Assembly (NCBI GenBank): GCA_017462645.1
Contig: JAFTQR010000015.1
Coordinates: forward strand, 1-58,284
From: Acholeplasmatales bacterium
GTDB lineage: Bacteria > Bacillota_I > Bacilli_A > Acholeplasmatales > Anaeroplasmataceae
DNA length: 58,284 bases
Reading direction: 5' to 3'
This document shows positions 47,381-56,756 of the stretch, one piece after another; the stretch's first letter is position 1, and every line of letters begins with the position of its first letter. A program made the position numbers and the translations under genes. Below the pieces are notes generated by a model that ran no database searches, was not told where the DNA came from, and saw only the letters and a list, made by a program, of their open reading frames with translations.

Positions 47381-48187
47381 TTAATCCTCCATATACTCAC
47401 ATCTAAATACCTCTTTAGCAGAGCCTGTTAATGTGACATTTTCCTTTTTATCTACTTTAATTTCTAATTCTCCTAATTCTAAAATAGCCTTAACACTATT
47501 CTTTACAAAGCCTAATCTTTTAGCCGCAACAGCTCCTGCAGCACAGCCTAGACCACTAGCTGAGGTAAAGCCTATTTTATATTCATAGGTTTTTACCTCC
47601 ATAGTATTTTTATCTACTATCTTAACAAAGCTAACATTTGTTCCTCTTGTAAATATTTTATATTCACTTATTTCACAAGCTAGCTTAATAACCTCATCAT
47701 CGAAGCTATCAACAAATACAATTGTTTGAGCTGCACCTAAGCTTAATGAATAGGTCATAACATTATAGCTACCTATTTTTAAGACTCTACCAAATGAATC
47801 TAAGCCATCACTAATAAATAGCATTTGATTATTATAAAATGGTGTTCCAATATTTACAGTACATAAAAACGGGTCCTCCGATTCTATAACTACACTTAAT
47901 CTTCCAACCTGAGTTAAGCATTCAACCATATTTCTTCTTTTATAGCCCTTTTCATAGCAATACTTAGAAAAGCATCTAATGCCATTTCCATTCATTTGCT
48001 CTTTAATTCCTTGAGAGCTATAAAATATAACCTCTAAAGGATTTGTCTTAACTATAATTAAGCCATCAGCACCGATACCAAGCTTTCTATTACATATTTT
48101 CTGTGAAAATTCTTTATAATTAATATTGCTATTATATTCAACTAAGCAAAAATCATTTCCACAGCATTGCATTTTAATTACTTGCAT
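47381..48187 (-). CDS. dapF: Diaminopimelate epimerase homolog lacking both catalytic cysteines
   Basis: KM..GNDF, GIGADG, MNGNGIRC, GTNV, SASGLG; lies between lysA and dapA. Confidence 0.85.
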   Translation of the reverse strand: MQVIKMQCCGNDFCLVEYNSNINYKEFSQKICNRKLGIGADGLIIVKTNPLEVIFYSSQGIKEQMNGNGIRCFSKYCYEKGYKRRNMVECLTQVGRLSVVIESEDPFLCTVNIGTPFYNNQMLFISDGLDSFGRVLKIGSYNVMTYSLSLGAAQTIVFVDSFDDEVIKLACEISEYKIFTRGTNVSFVKIVDKNTMEVKTYEYKIGFTSASGLGCAAGAVAAKRLGFVKNSVKAILELGELEIKVDKKENVTLTGSAKEVFRCEYMED

Positions 48188-49422
48188 TAGATTTCTCTTT
48201 CTAATAGCTCATCATAAGTTTGTCTTTTACAAACAAGCTTATCATGTCCATCCTCTACAAAAACAACAGCTGGCGTTAATGCTTTATTATAATTACTACT
48301 CATAGAATATCCATATGCACCTGTTGTATAGGTAATTAATAAATCACCCTTTTCAGCATCAGGTAATGGACAATTTTCAATAATTAGGTCACCACTTTCA
48401 CAGCACTTACCTGCGATAGTAACAACATTCTTCTTAAACTCGTTTTCCTTACCTACAATATCACAAGCATATTGTGCTTGATATAAGGCAGGTCTAATAT
48501 TATCAGTCATACCACCATCAATAAAGTAGTATTGCTTGTTAGGTGTTTTCTTAATATAACCTATTGTATATAAAGTATATCCTGCTTCAGCAACAATGCT
48601 TCTACCAGGTTCTATACATAGCTTTTCAATTTTAACACCATTTTGATTTAAGGCATCCTCGCACGTCTTAATTAATGTTTCACTTACAATATTAAATGGA
48701 ATTGGCTTGTCCTCATCTGTATATCTTACTCCAAAGCCTCCACCAATATCTAATACTAATGGCTCATTAAAGTCCTTACAAATGCCTACAAGCTTTTCTA
48801 CTGCGGCAGTAAAAGCGTTTAAATCAAAGATTTGAGAGCCAATATGAGAATGGAAGCCCTTAAATCTAACCTTACTTGACTTACTTAAAATATCCATCAT
48901 TTGATTATAATCTGATGAATTATATAAAACACCAAACTTAGAATCAACATGTGCTGTAACAATAAACTTATGTGTATGTGCCTCAACACCTACATTTAAT
49001 CTAATTAAAATATTTACATTCTTATTTAAATTATTACATAATTCCTCTAACGTCTCTAATTCCATTAGATTATCAACAACAATATATCCAATATTATGAT
49101 TTAATGCATATTCTAATTCATTAATTGATTTATTATTTCCATGATAATAAATATTAGAAGGATTAAAGCCAACGCTTAATGCAGTATATAATTCACCCTG
49201 TGATACTACATCTAATGACATATCATATTCCATTAATAATCTAAGCATTTCCTTAATACAAAATGCTTTAGATGCATATATAACCTCTGTTTTAAAGCTA
49301 TTAGATTTAAAATAATTCTTAAACCCTAATATATTACTTCTCAAATGTGCTTGGTCGTATATATAAAGTGGGGTTCCATATTTTGCCTTTAAATCCTTTA
49401 CATCTACATTACTAATCTTCAT
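48187..49422 (-). CDS. lysA: Diaminopimelate decarboxylase
   Basis: YGTPLY, YASKA, HSHIGSQ, DIGGG, EPGRS, CCESGD. Confidence 0.97.
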   Translation of the reverse strand: MKISNVDVKDLKAKYGTPLYIYDQAHLRSNILGFKNYFKSNSFKTEVIYASKAFCIKEMLRLLMEYDMSLDVVSQGELYTALSVGFNPSNIYYHGNNKSINELEYALNHNIGYIVVDNLMELETLEELCNNLNKNVNILIRLNVGVEAHTHKFIVTAHVDSKFGVLYNSSDYNQMMDILSKSSKVRFKGFHSHIGSQIFDLNAFTAAVEKLVGICKDFNEPLVLDIGGGFGVRYTDEDKPIPFNIVSETLIKTCEDALNQNGVKIEKLCIEPGRSIVAEAGYTLYTIGYIKKTPNKQYYFIDGGMTDNIRPALYQAQYACDIVGKENEFKKNVVTIAGKCCESGDLIIENCPLPDAEKGDLLITYTTGAYGYSMSSNYNKALTPAVVFVEDGHDKLVCKRQTYDELLEREI

Positions 49423-49440
49423 AAAATCCCTCCTAAAACT

Positions 49441-49464
49441 AAAAAAATGGACCTAGCGCCCATT
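49441..49464 (-). terminator. Lysine riboswitch terminator
   Basis: AUGGGC-gcuag-GUCCAU followed by a U tract. Confidence 0.75.
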
Positions 49465-49467
49465 ACC

Positions 49468-49640
49468 CTTAATATATTTTAGCGCCACTACAAAATGTAG
49501 GAGTGATATAAGTATTTCCTATATCCCCATAGGTCTAATATGCCTATTAGCCTATTCGGCAATGGTTACCTTTCATATATTTCATTGAATGCCTTCTCTA
49601 TATATTACTCATTTGCATTGCTACCTCTAAATATTAATAT
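49468..49640 (-). ncRNA. Lysine riboswitch (L-box)
   Basis: AGAGGUAGC...AUGAGUA...GAAAGG...GCCGAA...UGGG...GAAAUA...ACU...GCGCUA pattern directly upstream of lysA. Confidence 0.92.
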
Positions 49641-49724
49641 AGTTTATTCTAACACGATTATTTGAATTTGTCTATATTTTTGTTAATATTTATGTTATAA
49701 TTATTCATAGTTTGGAGGTGTACC

Positions 49725-51173
49725 ATGCTTAATTACATAAAAAATAATAAAGAACAAATAGCTCATAGCTATTGGTATATGGGTATAATAGCTGCATTCT
49801 GCTTGTTAGGATGGTCAATTAACTCTATTGAGCTTTCATATACAGCTTTAGCCGTATTTATAATTTTAACACCAATATTAACTTATGATATTAAAACTAT
49901 TTTAATCTTTATACCATTTTGTATGACCTGTTTTAGAGAATTCTTCTACTTTAGCAACATACCATTTGCGATGTATATATTTATAATAGCCGTATTAATA
50001 TCAATAGGAATATATGTATATAGAAATATTAAGGAAAATAAAAATATTAAGCTTAGATTTAATATAATGAGTATAAGCTTTAGTGTATTAACAGCTGTAT
50101 CATTTTTATCTACGTTAGTTAGAAATATATTCTTTAATGAGCCAGCCTTCTTTACCTATGAAACGGAAAGCGGACTATCCTTCTTAGTCCAATTTAAGGA
50201 TGCTTATAATATTTTATATGGATATGCATTCTCATTTGTATTATTACTTATTACCTTATTGAGTATAGCATTTAGTTCATTTAAAAATAATTTGAAATAT
50301 AATTTATTTGAAAAAATATTTTATGTTTTTGCATTATATTTAGCATTACAATATATAATAGCATTCTTTGCTACTAATCCTAATTTATTTAAGGAATTTA
50401 AAATTACAATTTATAGGCCATACAATGAAACCTTTATTGGATGGGCAGATAAAAATGCATTTATAATTTCTATTGAGATGTGCTTACCATTCTTATGTGG
50501 TATTCTAAGAAAAACATTAAAAAGAATAGATGTTATTGCTATTCTTTGTGTGTTTGCAGTAATTGTATTAATAAGTGATTCTAGAGGAGGTCAATTAACA
50601 GTTGCGTTAATGGCACCACTTCTTCTTTATATTATTATGATGGATAAAAAGAATAAATGGATATGGTATTTTTCATTTATTGGAGCTGCAATTGTTGCTG
50701 TAGTTTTAGCATATTTTGTTGTTGATCCAATTAGAATAAGCTTAAATAGAATCTTTGATCAGGGATTATATTTAACAGGTAGAGATAAATTTTGGTTATC
50801 TACCCTAGAATATACATTTGATGATCCAGCCCATATGGCATTTGGACCATCACCTGCTTATTTATTTGAGCTATATAGAGATTTCCATCCTGATACTACT
50901 AATGTTGGCGTATGGTTATGTCATAATACATTTGTTACAGCAATAGCTATTGGTGGTGTATTTGGTTTAATTACTATGATATATCATCATATTGAGGTTG
51001 GATTTGGAATAGTAAAAAGAGCTGAGGATAAGGATAAGCTTATACTTCTTGCGTTCTTCGCATTTGGTATGGTTCATGGTATTATTGATAATACTTTATT
51101 TAGTGTATTATATTTAATACCATATGTAATAATATTCTCTGACTATGATAAAAAATTTACAGAGCTAATATAA
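49725..51173 (+). CDS. O-antigen ligase/Wzy_C family membrane protein
   Basis: About 12 TM; SDSRGG, LTGR..FW, CHN..V, GGVFGL, VHGIIDN. Confidence 0.8.
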   Translation: MLNYIKNNKEQIAHSYWYMGIIAAFCLLGWSINSIELSYTALAVFIILTPILTYDIKTILIFIPFCMTCFREFFYFSNIPFAMYIFIIAVLISIGIYVYRNIKENKNIKLRFNIMSISFSVLTAVSFLSTLVRNIFFNEPAFFTYETESGLSFLVQFKDAYNILYGYAFSFVLLLITLLSIAFSSFKNNLKYNLFEKIFYVFALYLALQYIIAFFATNPNLFKEFKITIYRPYNETFIGWADKNAFIISIEMCLPFLCGILRKTLKRIDVIAILCVFAVIVLISDSRGGQLTVALMAPLLLYIIMMDKKNKWIWYFSFIGAAIVAVVLAYFVVDPIRISLNRIFDQGLYLTGRDKFWLSTLEYTFDDPAHMAFGPSPAYLFELYRDFHPDTTNVGVWLCHNTFVTAIAIGGVFGLITMIYHHIEVGFGIVKRAEDKDKLILLAFFAFGMVHGIIDNTLFSVLYLIPYVIIFSDYDKKFTELI

Positions 51174-51203
51174 AAAAATGGACCTAGGTCCATTTTATTT
51201 TTT
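51172..51203. terminator. Bidirectional terminator (perfect palindrome)
   Basis: AAAATGGACCTAGGTCCATTTT between convergent genes. Confidence 0.85.
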
Positions 51204-52052
51204 TGGTAAAATTTTAGATATATAAAAGATAGCACACGCACCAGGCCCTACATGAGCACCTACAACTGGAGAGATTTGAATTTTAGTATAATCTACCTTA
51301 ACCTCTTCTTTAGTATAGTCTATTAGCATATACATGTTTTCTTCCTTTGTAGAATAGCCATATTGAACTGGATATTTTTCATCAATAGGGAATTCCTTTA
51401 ATTGCTCAGCAATTTTTTTAAATGCATGCTTAAGCCCTCTAAGCTTAGCAATAGGAACAAGCTTTCCAATCTTTGATAGCTGTATAACAGGCTTTAGCTG
51501 TAATATATTACCTAATATTGCCGATGTCTTAGATAATCTTCCGCCCTTATATAAATATTCTAATGTATCTGGCACTGCATAGAAATTAACATGATCTACC
51601 ATATGCTTAATTTCTATTAATACATCCTCTATTTTATCATATTTAGTAGATGTTAGCTTCATAATCATTATTTTAACAGCACCTAAGGCAGTGTTAGAAT
51701 CAATGATATAAATATCATCTCTTTCAAGCATATCCTTAGCAATACGTGCTGATTGAAGTGTACCACTTAAAGAACCTGCAATAGTTAATACGATTGGTAT
51801 TTCATTATTTTCAAAGCAATCCTCGAATGCTTTTTTGAAAACTAATGGTGCTACCTGAGATGTTTTAGGGAATTCCTTACTTTTGCTGTTAAATAGCATT
51901 TCATAGAATTCATTTGTTGATATATCAATATCATCTAAATAATCTTTATTTTCATAATGCAATGTAAGAGGTAAAACAGTTACTCCAAGTGTTTTTCCCT
52001 CCTCTTGTGTTATTCCACAAGAGCTATCTGTAATAATTCTAAATTTTAACAT
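51195..52052 (-). CDS. DegV family fatty-acid-binding protein
   Basis: IITDSS, PKTSQ, LSGT, LYKGGR, LQLKPVI, GAHVGPG. ATG at 52052 follows GGAG. Confidence 0.93.
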   Translation of the reverse strand: MLKFRIITDSSCGITQEEGKTLGVTVLPLTLHYENKDYLDDIDISTNEFYEMLFNSKSKEFPKTSQVAPLVFKKAFEDCFENNEIPIVLTIAGSLSGTLQSARIAKDMLERDDIYIIDSNTALGAVKIMIMKLTSTKYDKIEDVLIEIKHMVDHVNFYAVPDTLEYLYKGGRLSKTSAILGNILQLKPVIQLSKIGKLVPIAKLRGLKHAFKKIAEQLKEFPIDEKYPVQYGYSTKEENMYMLIDYTKEEVKVDYTKIQISPVVGAHVGPGACAIFYISKILPKK

Positions 52053-52067
52053 AAAATTCTCCAATAA

Positions 52068-52307
52068 TTATTTTATATAGCTAAACAAATCATTAGAAAT
52101 ACCTTTTTCCTTAAGAATACTAATAATTCTATCCTCCATGTCAGGAGATATCTCCTTATTTGCTAGACTACAACCCTTACGTATTAAGATACGTTGGTTT
52201 TCCTCGTCTGATAAATCCATAGTGGATGCTTCTGCAATAAGCTTACTCACATCCTCACTATTAATATTAGACATCATTAATAAATCAAAAACTCTTTTAA
52301 AATCCAT
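52068..52307 (-). CDS. spoVIF: Stage VI sporulation protein F family
   Basis: DLSDEENQRILI...ANKEISPDMEDRIISIL resembles SpoVIF; located after gpsA as in Bacilli. Confidence 0.75.
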   Translation of the reverse strand: MDFKRVFDLLMMSNINSEDVSKLIAEASTMDLSDEENQRILIRKGCSLANKEISPDMEDRIISILKEKGISNDLFSYIK

Positions 52308-52323
52308 ATTAGGCCTCCTGCAG

Positions 52324-52352
52324 TATTATATGCAAAAGGCCTAATAATTGTT
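52324..52352 (-). promoter_or_regulatory. SigK-like promoter for spoVIF
   Basis: AACA-N16-CATATAATA matches mACm-N16-CATAnnnTA. Confidence 0.55.
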
Positions 52353-53353
52353 TACCAATATTTTTCTTCTTTTAAGCTTCTAGATAATAATAAATGCAAT
52401 GCTTCATTAGCAGATAATTCACCCTTAATAACCTTATATGCTGTTGTAATAATAGGTAAATCTAGTTTATATTTTTGACCAATTTCATAGCCTGCTTCTA
52501 TAGCTCTTAAGCCTTCAACAGATTGATTCATACTAGCAAGTGCTTCTTCAATAGACATTCCACTACCAATTTTTAATCCACATTGGAAATTTCTGGAATT
52601 CATTGATGATGCAGTGACAATTAAGTCACCTATACCAGATAAACCATAGGCAGTTTGCATTTTACCACCTAACGCTGTAACAATTGAAACTATTTCCTTA
52701 ACACCTCTTGAGATTAGGAATGCACGTGCGTTTTCTCCTAAGCCCATACCAGAGCAAACGCCTGAAATAATTGCAATAGCATTTTTAATTGCTCCACCTG
52801 TTTCAACGCCGATAACATCTCTTGATGTATATACTCTTAAGTATGAATCATTATTAAATATTTTTTGAACCTTTTCAGCAAGCTTTAAATCTTTAGATGC
52901 TGCAACCAAAGATGTTAATTTTCTTAAAATTAATTCCTCTGCATGAGATGGACCAGATAAAACTACATATCCACCAAATTTTTCTCTATCAATTTCATAT
53001 TTAACGATTTGACCTACTCTATATGAGGTACCTGGTTCAATTCCTTTACTAACATTAACAAATGTTTTCTTAGTGTTAATAAGGGAATTAATTTCTTTAA
53101 TAACACCTCTAATAAACTTAGTTGGAACACAAAGAACAATAATATCTGTGTAATCTACTGCTTCCTTTAAATCTAATGTAGCCTTAATATTTTCAGGTAT
53201 TACCACATCAAAGAAAGGATGCTTATGCTCATTATTGATTTTATTAACAAATTCCTCATTAATATCTCTTATTAAAACATCATGATTATTATCTGATAAT
53301 GCTTGTGCAAGTGTAGTTCCCCATGAACCTCCACCAATAATTGAAATTCTCAT
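52352..53353 (-). CDS. gpsA: NAD(P)H-dependent glycerol-3-phosphate dehydrogenase
   Basis: GGGSWGT, SKGIE, LSGPSHA, KN, GIGDLIVT, SRN. Confidence 0.97.
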   Translation of the reverse strand: MRISIIGGGSWGTTLAQALSDNNHDVLIRDINEEFVNKINNEHKHPFFDVVIPENIKATLDLKEAVDYTDIIVLCVPTKFIRGVIKEINSLINTKKTFVNVSKGIEPGTSYRVGQIVKYEIDREKFGGYVVLSGPSHAEELILRKLTSLVAASKDLKLAEKVQKIFNNDSYLRVYTSRDVIGVETGGAIKNAIAIISGVCSGMGLGENARAFLISRGVKEIVSIVTALGGKMQTAYGLSGIGDLIVTASSMNSRNFQCGLKIGSGMSIEEALASMNQSVEGLRAIEAGYEIGQKYKLDLPIITTAYKVIKGELSANEALHLLLSRSLKEEKYW

Positions 53354-53355
53354 AA

Positions 53356-54660
53356 TTAATCCCTCTTCCTAAATTCTAATTTTATAGGAGTTGCGAAGAA
53401 ATCAAAATTCTTTCTAATTTGATTTTCTAAATATCTTTGATATGAGAAATGTAGATATTTAGGCTCATTAACAAATAATGCAAATGTAGGAGGCTCTGTA
53501 CCTACCTGTGATACATAATAGAATTTAATCTTACCACCATTAAATTCACTAGGTGGAAACATAGCTGTAGCATCATTAATTACATCATTTAATACTGAGG
53601 TTTGAATTCTTCTATGATAAGCGTTATAAGCTTGTTCTATTGCTGGGAATAATGTATGAACTCTTTTGTTTTCCTTAGCAGATAGGAATACTATTGGAGC
53701 AAAGTCTAAGAACTTATAATTAGCTCTTATATCATCAGTCCACTTTTGCATTGTTTTAGAATCCTTCTCAACTAAATCCCATTTATTGACTACAATAATA
53801 CATGGCTTTTTATATTCCTGCACATATTGTCCAACATGTAAATCCTGTTCAATCATACCTGTAGATGCATCTAATACTAATACTACAACATCACTTCTAC
53901 CAATAGCATCTACACTTCTAATAACAGAATATTTTTCTACGTTTTCATAGATTTTACCACGCTTACGTAAGCCAGCAGTATCTACTACAACATATTCCTT
54001 GCCATTTGATTTAAATCTTGTATCAATAGTATCTCTTGTAGTACCACTAATAGGAGATACAATAACTCTATTATCATTTAATAAAGTATTTGTTAAAGAT
54101 GATTTTCCTACATTTGGTCTACCAATTAAACAAAATTTAATAGACTCATCCTTAACAGTATCTATTCTTGTAGGGAAATGCTCAATAATAGCATCTAATA
54201 GATTACCTGTACCTATACCATGTGAAGATGATACAGGAATTGGATCACCAAAGCCTAGTGAATAGAATTCATAAATATTATCCTTAAACTTTTGATCATC
54301 AACCTTATTTACAGCTAATAATACAGGCTTATTTGTCTTATATAATAGCTTTGCAATATAGTTATCATCATCAGTTAAGCCACTTCTACAATCAACTACA
54401 AAAACAATAACATCAGCTTCCTCCATTGCGATTTCAGCTTGTGCTTTAATTTCTGTTAAAAATGGTGCATCACCTAATTCAATACCACCTGTATCGATTA
54501 TTGAGAATTCCTTATTTAGCCAAGATGATTTAGCATAAATACGGTCTCTTGTTACACCTGGTTGATCATCAGTAATGGATAATCTCTCACCTATTATACG
54601 ATTGAATAATGTAGATTTACCAACGTTTGGTCTACCTACTATCGCTACCTTAGGTAACAT
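53356..54660 (-). CDS. der: Ribosome biogenesis GTPase Der
   Basis: Two GRPNVGKS G-domains, DTGG/DTAG, NKxD; ATG at 54660. Confidence 0.98.
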   Translation of the reverse strand: MLPKVAIVGRPNVGKSTLFNRIIGERLSITDDQPGVTRDRIYAKSSWLNKEFSIIDTGGIELGDAPFLTEIKAQAEIAMEEADVIVFVVDCRSGLTDDDNYIAKLLYKTNKPVLLAVNKVDDQKFKDNIYEFYSLGFGDPIPVSSSHGIGTGNLLDAIIEHFPTRIDTVKDESIKFCLIGRPNVGKSSLTNTLLNDNRVIVSPISGTTRDTIDTRFKSNGKEYVVVDTAGLRKRGKIYENVEKYSVIRSVDAIGRSDVVVLVLDASTGMIEQDLHVGQYVQEYKKPCIIVVNKWDLVEKDSKTMQKWTDDIRANYKFLDFAPIVFLSAKENKRVHTLFPAIEQAYNAYHRRIQTSVLNDVINDATAMFPPSEFNGGKIKFYYVSQVGTEPPTFALFVNEPKYLHFSYQRYLENQIRKNFDFFATPIKLEFRKRD

Positions 54661-54687
54661 AAAAATCACCACCAATAAATCTTTTTA

Positions 54688-56049
54688 TTACTTTAATATA
54701 TCCTTTAGCATATCTCCTAATGAAGATGAAATTTCTTCATTAGAGTCTAAGTATTTTTCATAATTTTGTCTTTCTAGGTTAACTAAGTGCTTGCGAATTG
54801 AAAGCTTTAGTCTCCATTCTCTAGGCTTAATTTCAATAATAATTGCTTGAGCCTCATCGCCCTTGGCATAATATTGAGATAATTCACCCTTTAATTGAGT
54901 TAAAGCTTCAGATTGAGGAACAAAACCATCAACACCTAATGCTTCAACTAATAAGCCATTTTCCTTAACCTCTACTACCTTAATATCTACAAGGTCTCCC
55001 TCTTTAGCATCCACTCTACTCCAAGGGTTATCAATTAATGCTTTACGAGATAATGAAATTTTTTCGTCCTTCGCATTAATATTTAAAATTGCAACCTCAA
55101 CCTCATCACCAATAACAACATGATTATTAAAGTTGTCATTAGGATTATGTGAATATTCAGAGCTATGTAATAATCCCTTCACATTTGGAGCTAATTCAAT
55201 TAATAAACCAAATGCTAGCTTATTACAAACCTTACCCTTTACAGTTTGTCCAACTGTATGGTCTTTAACATAAATATTAAATGGTGTTTCTAATAAAGCC
55301 TTACGAGATAATTCTAGTCTACCATTTTCCTTAGCAGTAACCTTTACCTCAATTTCTTGTCCAACAGATAATTCCTTATTTATATCAACAAACATATGTG
55401 ATACCTGATTAGCCTTTAATAAGCCTTGATTATATTCAAATTTAACAATAGCACCATACTTTTCAATCTTAGTAATTGTACCCTTTAATACATCACCAAC
55501 ATTAATTGCATCATATTCCTTAGATTTATTATCTTGATAAATTTCTTGTTCAATAGCTCTTCTTGAGCATACACATTTCTTACGTTCATTATCAACATCA
55601 ATAACCTTTACCTCAACAGTCTCTCCTACCTTAACAGATTCAGTAGCTTGACTCTTAGGAATAAATACTTGAATCCCTAAATATGCTCCAGTAAAGCCAT
55701 TACCATTAGCATCACCAGTAACCTTTACCTTAATTGTTTCATTATTTTCTTTAATATCATGAAGCTTATTAAGATTTTCCTCACCAATTTGGTTTAATCT
55801 TGATAATAAAATACTTTCCTCACTAACCTTAGCAACCTCACATTTAATCTTATCTCCTACCTTAACGATACCCTTAAATGATTCGATTGACTTGTCCTTA
55901 GTATAATGATCTAGGTGCATCTTACCCTCTGTAAAACATTGAATGTCTAAATAAATAGTATTATCTGTTACTAATACTACCTCACCCTCTACCTTATCAC
56001 CAGCATGAAGCTTTCTTACGTTTACATTATCTAAATTAAAATTTTCCAT
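54688..56049 (-). CDS. rpsA: 30S ribosomal protein S1 (five S1 repeats)
   Basis: Repeated VGD.V.G.V / LSRK motifs; cmk-rpsA-der synteny. Confidence 0.92.
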   Translation of the reverse strand: MENFNLDNVNVRKLHAGDKVEGEVVLVTDNTIYLDIQCFTEGKMHLDHYTKDKSIESFKGIVKVGDKIKCEVAKVSEESILLSRLNQIGEENLNKLHDIKENNETIKVKVTGDANGNGFTGAYLGIQVFIPKSQATESVKVGETVEVKVIDVDNERKKCVCSRRAIEQEIYQDNKSKEYDAINVGDVLKGTITKIEKYGAIVKFEYNQGLLKANQVSHMFVDINKELSVGQEIEVKVTAKENGRLELSRKALLETPFNIYVKDHTVGQTVKGKVCNKLAFGLLIELAPNVKGLLHSSEYSHNPNDNFNNHVVIGDEVEVAILNINAKDEKISLSRKALIDNPWSRVDAKEGDLVDIKVVEVKENGLLVEALGVDGFVPQSEALTQLKGELSQYYAKGDEAQAIIIEIKPREWRLKLSIRKHLVNLERQNYEKYLDSNEEISSSLGDMLKDILK

Positions 56050-56051
56050 AT

Positions 56052-56705
56052 CTATAACCTCGCATCTATTAAACTAATTATTTTATTACAAACCTCTTCT
56101 ATACTCATACTAGTTGTATCAACTAATATAGCATCATCTGCTTGCTTAAGAGGTGAAATTTCTCTATTAGAATCCTTATAATCTCTTTCCTTTATTTCAG
56201 CTAATATCTTTTCATAATCACTTTCAATACCAGCTAATGCATTTTCCTTACATCTTCTAATCGCTCTAATTTCCGGATCAGCTGTTAAGAAAATCTTTAA
56301 ATCAGCATTAGGAAGCACCACAGTACCTATATCTCGTCCATCCATAAGAATTAAACCCTCCTTAGCTGATTCTCTTTGAAAATCAACCATCTTATCTCTT
56401 ACAACCTTTAATTTAGCTGTAGTAGAAACATTATTTGTAACATTTCTTGTTCTTATTTGTTTAGAAACATCCTCACTATTTAAATAAGTTATACCCTCCT
56501 TATAAATAACACTAGTATTTTTTAAGAAAGTATACTCATCCTCATTAGCTAAATTTATTTTTCTTCTTAATGCCTCTAATGTAATAGCTCTATACATAGC
56601 ACCTGTATCAATATGTGTAAATCCTCTATCCTTAGCAATTCTTTTTGAAATTGAGGATTTGCCACTACCAGCAGGACCATCTATAGCAACCACAAAATTT
56701 TTCAT
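56052..56705 (-). CDS. cmk: Cytidylate kinase
   Basis: IDGPAGSGKS, DTGAMYR, MDGRDIGT, RDYKDSNR. Confidence 0.97.
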   Translation of the reverse strand: MKNFVVAIDGPAGSGKSSISKRIAKDRGFTHIDTGAMYRAITLEALRRKINLANEDEYTFLKNTSVIYKEGITYLNSEDVSKQIRTRNVTNNVSTTAKLKVVRDKMVDFQRESAKEGLILMDGRDIGTVVLPNADLKIFLTADPEIRAIRRCKENALAGIESDYEKILAEIKERDYKDSNREISPLKQADDAILVDTTSMSIEEVCNKIISLIDARL

Positions 56706-56756
56706 ATTAATCCGACCTTTATATATTTTATATATTTTAACATAAAAATATAGTTT

